Positions 25,701 through 35,622 of a DNA stretch of 64,000 nucleotides are shown here, piece by piece (positions within the stretch are counted from its first letter, which is position 1; every line of letters begins with the position of its first letter). A model generated the notes under the pieces. The model searched no databases, was not told the origin of the DNA, and saw nothing but the letters and a program-made list of their open reading frames with translations. The DNA comes from Pavona decussata. Its lineage: Eukaryota. The stretch is from NCBI GenBank assembly GCA_977016875.1, contig CDRNST010000015.1, forward strand, positions 2,604,001-2,668,000, written 5' to 3'. The position numbers and the translations under genes were made by a program.

Positions 25701-28700
25701 AAGCTACATCAAACACTCGGAAAAGTGTTTTATCCGATTCCCAAAAGCCACGAAATTGATTAAATAAAAACTCGGCTGCTCCTCGTTTTTTTAATCCGTT
25801 TTTCGGTGTTTGAAAATGGTTGCCAGAAGTTGCCGCAAATTTATATTTAAATAGGTTTAGTTCTCACTTTAATTCATATTGAAGGATCTTAAATGAGGGA
25901 ACAGTAAGACTAAAAATAAAATACATTAGACTCTCTCAAGGTTTGTTTAAACATGGATTTTTTTTTGCTTTTTCAGCGTTACAAGAAGTAAGAACAACGT
26001 GGTATAGTTTAATCTTTCGCTTTAGGCTCGTAGAAATATCTCAAAGAAACTTGAATATTGAATAGTTGAATAACCTCCCTTAAACTGCGCCAGCAAGGTT
26101 CGACACAGTTCTTGATCGGATTGGTGAACCAATTACATAAAATTACTCTACAGAGGATGTAATGTTTGTTTGTATTTTAATTTACTAGATAGGGATTTAT
26201 CCATCAGATAAAGTTAGCTGCACTTTCAATAATTACTGATACAGAGTGTTTTGTTACTATAAGCCAAAATGTATATGATTACAGTTTCTGAGTCGTTTTG
26301 GGTATAAAATAGCGTCGTTGACTGGGAATGCTTTTGATCAAATCGGTCCGCATAAAGATCGCATATATTTTGGCCTTAAAAAAGAGATCAATCTTTTTCG
26401 GAAACCGCTACCCTAAATTCCAGGTAGTATCCCCCAATAGGAAGGCAACTGGGGCAGTGACGATGTGTTACTCACCAAATTCACGTAGTCTAAGACGTGC
26501 CGAAAGTCCGGATTAATCCCATGGTGGTACAGTGCCAGCACGACTGTGTTCAGGAGTATCAGCACCACAATCACAGCATCGAAGGTAGAATGAGAGGTTA
26601 TGACAACCATACACTTTTTTATCCTTTTCCAGCATGATACCATATGCAAAACAGCATTGGACTTTAAAAGACTCGTTTTATTTCCCCTTCTTAGTGTGCA
26701 ACCAGGTAAGAGGCAGTGACTTAATTTGGCGTGTTGTTTATCTGCGTGTTCTTTGGAGGACGAACCCTCGATTGAGTCGCTGTTGCCCACGGCGTCAGGC
26801 TTAGGTGGAGGTGGCTTGCTTCCATCCAAAGGAATTAGACGTTTCAGCGTTTCCTCGTCGGCTTGATATGAAGCTCCAGTTCGCCGCAGATGATTCCTCT
26901 TTTCTCTCTGTGAATTTTAAGTAACAAAGGCAAATGGTAAGAGACTACTGATAGAGACCATAAGAACCGAGAGAGGCTATTTCCATGAAATAAATGAATC
27001 ATGCGGTCATACATTCTGAGAACTTAGTCAAGTTTACATGATATTCAATGCAACTGATGAACTCGAACACTCTTATCCATCGACCCTTATCGCCCATAGA
27101 AATGTTACAGAATCTTACCTACTACACATAAAGGTTTCTCTATTATCAACAAGTTAATCTAGTGAATTGGGATCTGGCTGCTGCCCTTGTTTGAGTTTCG
27201 AGTGGGTTGTTTATGGTATCAGCGGAATGCAAAAATTCTGCCCGAGATGGAAGCTACAATCATGAACAAAATCCTGGCTGTCCCAACCTTCCCCAACTTT
27301 GGATGTGGAGCCCGTGTGTCCAGAATGCAGAGTCTGTGTGCCCAAAATGTTTCTTACATGCCAACAACGATTTTGGGGAGGAAGGGAAACACTCTACCTA
27401 AACGGGATAATTGCCGTTTAATCCGAGGAGAGGTCGAATATTCATGTTAGTATGGATAACTTAAGCTTTGTCCCAAGGACTTTTGCCCGGTATCGCCTGA
27501 ATAGATTGTTGTCAAAGTGTTAATGTTGTCCAAGAATGACTAAACTTTCACTATCTTAGTACAAAACCAACAAATTCACTTTATAATTTCGGATTTCTAT
27601 AAGGATTCTCATCGACTACCTCTTTCTCCTCTGAACACAGCTCCAGCTCATAAGACAGATACACCACGGCAAGAACCAGGTTCATCAGATAAAAGGAACA
27701 AAAGAATACTCCGATAACAAAATACGGAACGTACAGGGCTCCAGAGGACCTGATGATCTAAAGGCAGCAAATGGATTAATTAAATTAATTCAAATCTTAC
27801 CATCTCAACAAAATAGTAGATTGATTAACTTCACCTGTTTGTAACAATTTTTTGCTCTCGCCACTACGCCATCCCAGCACCCCAACCCTCCTCCACACCC
27901 AAAATTAAACGAAAAACAATCGGTCCATACCCCAGAAGTCCTCACGATCTAAACAGTACAATGCCAAATGAATTAAGAGAAAGTTTACCGGTAGTAATGA
28001 TAAGGTAGATCTGTACCGATCCCTGTTTATTCGATTTTGAGTTAATTGGAATTCTACACTGGGGAGCCGAATGAGCACAGAACGTTTCACCCATTTCAAA
28101 TCCCAGATTGGCATAACATGTGGGATAAAACAGTTCTTGGTTCACGTCCTTGCACACAGGGAATGCTCTCCGGATCTTTCAGTTTCTCTCCCTCTGCAAA
28201 GATCAACATTTTCAAATTTAGGTTTAAATTTCAATTTGATTTGTGTGTAGCTGAGGACCGCCCCAAAAGCCACCTGCGAGATAAATTACTTTCCTTCCTA
28301 AATATCACCGATTTATTTATAATGATGAATCCCAATAGTTGGGTTGTGACACTCTTTGAGAAGAGGAACGTAGAGAGGTAAGCCAACGGGAGGGCTTTTT
28401 TTAAGTAGGAGGATTCATTCTTTTCTCCTGAGCAAATTGAACTGCAATAAAAACTAATTGGCACAATTCAGATGTTAGGACGGCTCTATTGTGTCAATTG
28501 CACAATGAAACTTAAATTGATACATGGCCAATGAACATATCAAGCTGACTAAGGAAATAGTGGCACTCTCGTTGGTTGGGTTACCTTGTCGTAAAGGTTC
28601 TCCCAGTAATCCATCGTCAGTATTTGTAGAGCCATAACCAGTGACCATCCAATGTTGTCAAACGTCGTGTAACCATTGTCGGGGTTTTCACCAGCGTTCG

Positions 28701-31700
28701 GCATACATGTGTAATTGGATGGACAAGATCTACATCGAGAAAAAATGAGAATAAGGCAGGAAAAAGAAGCGGTTCGTGTCAAAGAAAAGGGTTGCAATGG
28801 CTGATTCCGTGAATTTATCAGTTCATCCTTGCTGTGACTGCTGACCCGTAGAAAGAGCATTGTTTGACAGTAAAGTTCACGCCTCGTCACAGTTTACCCT
28901 ATTCTCATGTAGCATACATTTTGCATCCTGGTAGAAGCGATTGAAGTCAGTTGGACTCTGAGTTACACAATCGACTGAGGAAATATGGCAATCCTCTGGC
29001 CTTACCAAACATGTAATGTGCAGCCTATAACGTACTCCTCTCAAACCTTTTAATTTGGTCAAGACATTGTGTTGAATGGCTTTCGAATAAGAATGTAAAA
29101 AGACACCTTTGTCGCAATATCTGCTCTTTTAATTTAAGTATAGATTTTAGTTAATTTTCCCTTGTAATGAATTATGTATCGGGCAATGTATTTTACTGGC
29201 AATAAAGCGTTAAAACAATCCTTTGGATTTAGATTTAAAAACCTGATTTTCTCCAGACAAGAAACTTTTTCTTTCCAACGTTAACACTGTTCCCACTTAG
29301 CACACAGATTGTTTGAGAGTTATAACAAATATCTTGAAATTTTGGGATCGGTTGGATTTAGCGAGTCTTGGTGTTATTGCCTTCAACCTCAGTGTAACGA
29401 TTAGCTAAAACAAAGGTATCCGATTAGAAAAATTGACTGAAAGCTTATGACAATGCCCTTGAGAGAAGATTATGACTAATAAATTGATATAATATTAAAT
29501 TTCACCAAGTTTTCTTTTTTTTTTTTTCAAAATTACGTTGAAGAGTTGATATTTACCCAGCGGTTGAACCGTTTCCGCAAATCAAAGGTTCGCCTTCATG
29601 CATAAACCAAAAACCTGAAGGAAAAACGGTTTTCTGTTATTTATCATGACTTTTCACGTTTTCACTATTCAGTAATTTAGTGTCCACTTCACTGTGACAT
29701 TTGTAGACAGTAAACACAATGGAAGAGGAGTGAAGATTCCATAATTACAAGGACACTGGTATTGCACCCCTCTAAAATTTTTCTTTCACTCTATGTGGTC
29801 TTATTAATTCCCACCAACGAATGCCCCTCACAAGGTCTATGAGCCATTCGGGACTGAAAAAGGACGGAAGGTTTGAAACTTTTGTCTTTAAAGACAAAGC
29901 TAAACCGCAGTCTCTACTCAAAAATAGGGCATGGATTTTGCCGTTTTTAACTAAAAGAAAAAAAAGTAAAAGGAGTGTAATTATGTTCGTCGAAAATACC
30001 GTGTACCAGAAATCGTGATATAAGGTTGTCAGGATGTTCATCTAGATAGCTAAGTCACAACCCTATATGAATTCCTCTGTAGTATTTTTCTCCTGGTTCC
30101 GCTGATTTAAGTAATTTCACGATAGCACAATTACTGTCCCTTACTTTCGTTTGGAGCTCGCTCTTGCATGTTCAGGGAAATATTGCCAACTGGAATATTA
30201 AGGACGCATTTGTTCCTCAGCTCTCCAGAAAACAGCTGAAGACCAATGAGCGCCATGACAGCGAGAAAGAACAGAAACAAAACCAAGACATCACTAAGTA
30301 GCTTCAGGGAACGGAGTAACGTATTCACCATAGCACGGAGACCTAAAGAGAAAACAGCAAGATTTATTCCATGCTAAAAGTCAAAACAAGAACCTGGTGG
30401 TAGGCAAGTTTCATGGAAGTCCAGTCCAGTGATTGTGAATTTATCCATCACCGTCAAAAGGTATTTTTTTGTATCCTCAACCGTCAGAGGGTTTACCTCA
30501 TTAATGCCCACTGATGTCGTCCGAATGACTGAGTGGACGTTTTCGTGTTGAAACCCACCTTACCATTATAGAAACAGGGCTAGCAGGGTACAAAATACAT
30601 TCTTTGTACTGGTGGCCAGAAACAAATTGGAATGCCCCCACTCCCTAGGCCAGAGATATCCCTGAATATAACCATTTTGACTTAGTATCTTAACCCTTTA
30701 AGCCCTAACAGTGATCAGCATCAAATTTTTTCTGGTAATATCAATGCTTATTCAACCCCTGCAGGTCTTGGAAATAAAGGATGTGATCACCCAAGGTGAA
30801 CCTGATATTTTAATAACTTCTCGGCCCAAGTGCTTTTAAAATAAAAGTATGGGGACAAGATAGGAGAATTTGTTCTTTGATATTTAGGGTTAAAGGGTTA
30901 ATCAGATCTCGAATATCAGGGTAATTATTCAGTGAGATCTTGTCCTCCTTTTGCCATACAAACACTGTCAGTAGTTCGTACTTTGATTACCCTATTTTCA
31001 AAATGGCCCATATCGTCTTGAAATTGTCTACCTGATTTAAACTGAGATGTTAGGCGTTTCAATTGAATTACCTTTCAAGGCAGAAAATGTTCTTAGCGCT
31101 CTAAGAACACGGATTGTTCTGATTCCTGTCAAGTTGGCGATATTTGGTGCCACAGTGATGTACCTGCAATGACGCGTTTAGCCTGTTAATAGCATCACAG
31201 AGACGTCTTAGAGACCTAACTACTATCATTCAAAGTCCTGTTTAAATTTCGCTTGCTGTCTGGCCTTTGCCGGCTATTCTTATAGTAATGCGAGGATTTA
31301 AGTTGCAAGGGAAACGTTAATAGGCCTTGTACATCAAAAAATCCTCTAAAAATTTGGGCTCAGTGCGTGCTTTGGTTACTAAGAATGATACCTACCCTAA
31401 AACAACGACAATAAAATCTAGCCAGTTCCACGCATCCCTCAGGTAAGCGTATGTATGAAAGATGAATCCGCGAGACAAAATCTTCAGAATCATTTCCAGC
31501 GTGTATATACCGCAGAAAACGTACCTGAGATAAAAAACACGTTGGTAAGATCAGAAACCACCTTTAAATGTGATCCCAGCAATAAAAGCCTGCAGTGGTA
31601 AGAAGTTTTTCTTCTGTATAAAGTCTTTGATGCAAGCATCATAGGAACTTACAAAACTGTCTGTCCCAAATGCTGCCGCAGTAAATAAATGTTCTTGCAG

Positions 31701-34076
31701 GGGTGCTCTGTATTTTCTACTACCATAAAATGTAGCTCACTCCGGCCCTTGTATTTCTGGGTTCTTATGATCTGAATTAGACCTAGAAATCAAGGGGTCT
31801 GACGTAAATCTGACCCAGACGGACCTTTAAAAACCAAGCTAGCCATTTTTTCTTTTGGAGTACCGATCCAACCACCTATCAAGAAGGCCTTAATAGGGCT
31901 TAATTGTTTGTTTTTTTGTTGTTGTTGTTTATATTAGGCAAGCTTAATCGTATCAGAGATTTTTTATGAATCATTCTAAGATATTTGAAATATGTTTTTT
32001 TTTATATCCTAGGTAGGTTTCTTCACGAGAATCTAGCAGCACTTTGTCAAAACTGTCCTAAAATAATTACTATAATCCTCCTAAGATCCTAATCTAAGAT
32101 TTTCCTAAGACACCAAGAGGAAAATTTCAAATGAATTTTCATCAAATTCTTGTAGGGAGGGCGAACAACATGGTCTGCGAGAGACCCGGGTACCCGGGCA
32201 ATCCGCCCTCCATGTAAACAGGCCCTTAGCTTTGCGTGATTAGACAGTACTATCAAAAATAGAAAACGTATTCTTCTAAAGTACTAATTTAAACAGTTTA
32301 CTTACTCAGCCTCATCCGGTGCACATTCAACCACGAGAAACACACAGTTGGCTAAGATGGTGAGGATAACAAAGGACTCAAAATATCTGCACTCAAATTT
32401 AAGGACCAATAGCTGCAGATTCATTGTCATTTTCATTCGCTTTTTTGTATAGCGACAACGTAACAAAGCCTACGTTTTTCCCAACCGTCACCACATCCCG
32501 GCCAGCCATCCGAGAAACACTGGGAAGGCGCTTAGCGGGAGGAGGTAGCCAAATGTGTTTTTGCATCGAAACCTTCGCGTAGGGATTAGACATTCAAGGT
32601 TGTGAAGAGATCGCAAACTTTCATAAATGCCATTTCGTTTCATAAAAATTCTAGTTCGACAAAATTTAACTACCAGGCGTTTTGGCACAGTATCTCATGT
32701 TTTCGTCTCATTTTTCTTTTACTTTCTTTCTTTAAAAAATAAAGAAGAAACGGAGGAGACGTCAAACTGCATGAGCATGAATAAAATGCCTACGCTCTAT
32801 ATTTGGACGGCTAACATGATATGATTTGTGAGAAAGTGAGAAAACACTTATGATCCTTTTTTGATATAGCCCAACTATGACCCTCTAACCTGACCTAAAA
32901 CTTAAATAAGAATAGTAAGCAGTGTACCAAAAGACTGATAACACATCATTTCTGGCCAGTGAGCATAGGCCCCTGTTGCAATTTCAAAGGATACCGATTT
33001 GTTACGACGCTGATCGCAAACTGCCTGACGGGACTGAGGGGCTCCAGCAGACCCAATGAGGGGGCCTTGTTGAATCTGTAAACGTGATCAGAACGTGCAT
33101 TCCCTCGACGACGAACCACGAGAAATGTATGATTGCAAGGAACCTTAAAAAGATAATAAAATTCGGTGAACCTTCCACTTGAAAGAAAAGCACATCCATG
33201 CCACAAGGAGGAAGCAGGCCTTGTTTCGTTTACACGTTAACTTACTCTGTTTCTTCAACACGAAGCAATTAGGAGTGCTGCTGCTTCTACTACAAGCAGT
33301 TGGAAAAAGGTTGATACACTCTCGCGAAAAAACAAATTTCTCCCATATTACACAATAATATCTTGTTGAAAACACATGCTCAAGGGTTTAACCATACTGA
33401 ATCACGGAATCGCACAACATTGATTATTGGGGGGAGGGTAGGCAAGGTCGACTTGTATACTGAGACTGTTATTCTTTTTCAATATACGTGCAGCACATCC
33501 TTGAATTACTCGGAGCATGTTGTTAGTTTTTCCTCACGATTTGCTGTTAACAGGAGCCCATGACCCGAAGCCTAGTCCTTCATCGTACTTTTCCTTGGAA
33601 CCAATCCTTTCCCGAGTAGATTTAATTTTAGAACGGGTCTCAGGGGACCTTTGGAACGCCTACAGTTCAAATACCCAATCAAAGAACAACAATGGCAATT
33701 CCAGGGAAAGCAGTTTTAAAAATAAATCTACCCCGGAAAGGATTCATTCAAGTAATTAATACAGATGGAGATTACCTGAGTCTGGAGCCCTGTTGGTAAC
33801 CATTTATTTAATGAAAACCATTTAGCACGCCATTTGGGTTGAGAGGGACTATAGTGTTAAAATGAGTTAATCCCTGATATACCCTTGTATTTGTGTGGAT
33901 TAATTTTCTAGTGACTGTTTTCAAGTTGTTCAGTGGAATATTTCACTTACCCTTCCCATGCCCGCGTCAAAATCTACCAGCGGTTTTCCAATAAAGTAGG
34001 AAGGCATCCGAGCCACTTTGGGACCTTTAGGCTCTTCATCCATGACCACTTCCGGGTCCTCGCTTTCTCCCTCCAT
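13267..34076 (-). CDS. Nav2: Voltage-gated sodium channel alpha subunit, Nav2 type (four domains); 23 coding exons, ~1590 aa from ATG 34076
   Basis: Exons in transcription order: 33951-34076, 32995-33143, 32306-32386, 31396-31524, 31072-31163, 30145-30342, 29557-29614, 28585-28729, 27620-27757, 26476-26907, 25271-25444, 24076-24423, 22952-23249, 21649-22001, 20658-20831, 19842-19952, 18925-19194, 18125-18178, 17599-17736, 17042-17155, 15481-15619, 15175-15306, 13267-14186. Total 4773 nt, all phases compatible, no internal stop. Four S4 segments; pore loops TMDYWE, CGEWIE, TFEGWM, TGSGWND. The true start may lie further upstream. Confidence 0.96.
15175..15306 (-). CDS. Nav2: Nav2 exon 22: DIV S2-S3
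   Basis: (R)[43 protein letters not shown]; AC acceptor, gtatgt donor. Confidence 0.92.
15307..15480 (-). other. U12-type AT-AC intron
   Basis: 5' splice site ATATCCTTT; branch TTCCTTGAC ~12 nt upstream of a terminal AC; removal gives in-frame DALRICNFVF. Confidence 0.93.
15481..15619 (-). CDS. Nav2: Nav2 exon 21: DIV S1
   Basis: [46 protein letters not shown]. Confidence 0.92.
15975..16301. mobile_element. Harbinger-like MITE in Nav2 intron 20
   Basis: Imperfect TIR acgcccgtttaaacggtttcaac / gttgaaacccttgaaatgggcct; TTA TSD; internal gttgaa/ttcaac subrepeats. Confidence 0.7.
17042..17155 (-). CDS. Nav2: Nav2 exon 20: DIII-DIV linker (inactivation gate)
   Basis: [38 protein letters not shown]; canonical splice sites. 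Confidence 0.92.
17599..17736 (-). CDS. Nav2: Nav2 exon 19: DIII S6
   Basis: [46 protein letters not shown]. Confidence 0.95.
18125..18178 (-). CDS. Nav2: Nav2 exon 18: DIII pore loop (54 nt)
   Basis: [18 protein letters not shown] between ag and gtaa. Confidence 0.93.
18925..19194 (-). CDS. Nav2: Nav2 exon 17: DIII S5 and turret
   Basis: [42 protein letters not shown]...[14 protein letters not shown]. Confidence 0.95.
19842..19952 (-). CDS. Nav2: Nav2 exon 16: DIII S3-S4
   Basis: [37 protein letters not shown]. Confidence 0.95.
20658..20831 (-). CDS. Nav2: Nav2 exon 15: DIII S2-S3
   Basis: [12 protein letters not shown]...[31 protein letters not shown]. Confidence 0.95.
20939..21120. mobile_element. 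piggyBac-like MITE (same family as 30694-30897 and about 43797-43978)
   Basis: ttaaccct...gatcactgttagggcttaaaggg; reverse-complement match to 30694-30897. Confidence 0.65.
21208..21536. mobile_element. TTAA-flanked TIR element (Kolobok-like MITE)
   Basis: ttaa-aggaaagctctactctt ... aagagtggaggttgcc-ttaa, imperfect TIR. Confidence 0.5.
21649..22001 (-). CDS. Nav2: Nav2 exon 14: DII-III linker end and DIII S1
   Basis: ...DDCLPEYC...[32 protein letters not shown]. Confidence 0.93.
22952..23249 (-). CDS. Nav2: Nav2 exon 13: DII S6 end and DII-III linker
   Basis: [13 protein letters not shown]...YDIPCK; phase-1 donor gttagc. Confidence 0.9.
24076..24423 (-). CDS. Nav2: Nav2 exon 12: DII S4 end, S5, pore, S6
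   Basis: [13 protein letters not shown]...[31 protein letters not shown]...GNFI. Confidence 0.95.
25271..25444 (-). CDS. Nav2: Nav2 exon 11: DII S2-S4
   Basis: [14 protein letters not shown]...WNVFD...[10 protein letters not shown]. Confidence 0.95.
26476..26907 (-). CDS. Nav2: Nav2 exon 10: DI-II linker and DII S1
   Basis: [15 protein letters not shown]...[23 protein letters not shown]...DYVNL. Confidence 0.9.
27620..27757 (-). CDS. Nav2: Nav2 exon 9: DI S6
   Basis: [46 protein letters not shown]. Confidence 0.93.
28585..28729 (-). CDS. Nav2: Nav2 exon 8: DI pore loop
   Basis: SCPSNYTC...[34 protein letters not shown]. Confidence 0.95.
29557..29614 (-). CDS. Nav2: Nav2 exon 7: DI turret
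   Basis: [19 protein letters not shown]. Confidence 0.92.
30145..30342 (-). CDS. Nav2: Nav2 exon 6: DI S5
   Basis: [22 protein letters not shown]...[15 protein letters not shown]. Confidence 0.95.
30694..30897. mobile_element. piggyBac-like MITE in Nav2 intron 5
   Basis: TTAA|ccctttaagccctaa ... ttagggttaaaggg|TTAA. Confidence 0.8.
31072..31163 (-). CDS. Nav2: Nav2 exon 5: DI S3-S4 (92 nt)
   Basis: [30 protein letters not shown]. Confidence 0.95.
31396..31524 (-). CDS. Nav2: Nav2 exon 4: DI S2-S3
   Basis: [43 protein letters not shown]. Confidence 0.95.
32306..32386 (-). CDS. Nav2: Nav2 exon 3: DI S1
   Basis: [27 protein letters not shown]. Confidence 0.93.
32387..32994 (-). other. U12-type GT-AG intron
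   Basis: 5' splice site GTATCCTTT; branch-like GTCCTTAAA ~11 nt before the 3' AG; no polypyrimidine tract. Confidence 0.9.
32995..33143 (-). CDS. Nav2: Nav2 exon 2: N-terminal domain
   Basis: [13 protein letters not shown]...[29 protein letters not shown]. Confidence 0.9.
33951..34076 (-). CDS. Nav2: Nav2 exon 1 (first identifiable coding exon; reading frame stays open up to 34217)
   Basis: [11 protein letters not shown]...[20 protein letters not shown]|gtaagt, matching the Nav N-terminal P-x(5,6)-PLEDxD motif. Confidence 0.8.
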
Positions 34077-35369
34077 TTCTATGTCTTCAGTGTCAAACCG
34101 AACCCTTTTTGATGAAGATTCTTCACCTCTCAAAGTAACTGCCTTTTCCTTTTCAGTAGTCCCCTTAATCAGGGTATTTTTGGGATTTTTCCCTGTAATC
34201 GGATTGGAAAGTAGCTCTCAGAAAGAAAGCCTCTGATATGGATCGATGGTAAACATCACGCTGTTAGTATACTGTTAATCAAACGTACATTTTCCCCTAC
34301 TGATGAAACGTTCTTAAATGAATCCAGTCTGGTCATTATTGACTAGTTTCGGGATAAGGGGCTAAACACGATTTGCAATAGCTTTTGCAGCTATGTACGC
34401 AACTTGCGTGAACTTCCTTTCAAGTTTCAGGCTTTCTTGCAGAAAGAAAGGAATTTCAAACCACTACGTCTACGATATCGGTACATCGCTCTGCTGGGAT
34501 CGGAGCTGGTCAATTTATGAATTCCTATTATACTCGTAGAAAAGAAGAGATGAAACGATGAATTTCATAGATTTCACCTCCGATTAAAAATTAGTATCAC
34601 AAACACTGCAAGTGTGAACAAACTTGAAAATCTACAGTAATGAGGTGAGAAATATCAGAGCTACATCATTATTTCTAAAATCGTGTCATGCAGATAGGCA
34701 AGGGAAACTAACAGCCGTCACACTTGACCGAATATATCCTCTTTCCTATGGACTGAGTTCTGACTTGATCAATTAAGTGTCCAGCATTATCAATGTTATC
34801 TGATCACCAATCTATAATCGAGCCTAAAAATGTACTAAGAACATGTAAAGAAAGAAAACTTAAAGAGGAAACCTAGGATAGAGAGAAGAACTGAAGCCGT
34901 TACGTAATAAAAATTAATGTGACTGAAACCACATTTCATGTTAAAGCAAAAAAAAAAAAGAAAGAAAAAAAAAAAGAAAAGAAAAAAATCCAACCTGTTA
35001 GTCATCACAGTGAAGAAATATAGTTGCTTATTTGACTGAGCAAGATGTTCGGGGTTAATTCACTTTTTAACCGCTCAATCGCGAAGTTCATCACGTGTCG
35101 AAACATTCAAAGATTCCAGTATCAGGAAAACACACCGAAAGGAAACGAGGATTTTTTCGTAGATGTATTCTATAAACCATTGAATAGACGTTGAACATTT
35201 TGTACAAGTCTGAATATTTGAAAACAAAACAGTATAAATGTTCAGTACTTAGAGTAACTGAAACCATCTGAAGCGAGCTCAATACTCCAACAACAGCAAA
35301 ACAAAAACTTCACTTCATAGCTTTGATGTCTGCCGATAGTCACAGCACGCGCACGATTTCCATTAGCCG

Positions 35370-35622
35370 AATTAAAATCTGGTACCAAAAAAATAATCTG
35401 AAGGTGAGAAAATTTGTAACGAGAACCTGAAACTTCATTAGTGAAGAGGTAAGACAAATATGAGCCATGTTTCATAACTTTCATGTATGCCGTACGATTT
35501 CCATGAATTAAAATTTGGTACCAAAAAAATAATCGGAAAGTGAGAATAATTTTAACGAGACGCTGAAACTTAATTACTGAAGAAGTAAGACAAATCTGAG
35601 CCATATTTTCCCTAACTCATGT
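35370..35622. repeat. Two-copy ~136-bp tandem duplication
   Basis: aattaaaat.tggtaccaaaaaaataatc...gtaagacaaat.tgagccat at 35370 and 35506. Confidence 0.85.

Noticed and set aside
27119-27397. Possible extra or poison exon in Nav2 intron 9 (tttag … gtaag)
   Set aside because: In-frame TGA; exons 9 and 10 join cleanly; no support without transcripts.
13267-34076. Nav2 gene as a pseudogene, given its many atypical residues
   Set aside because: All 23 exons are open and in phase, with intact splice sites including both U12 introns.
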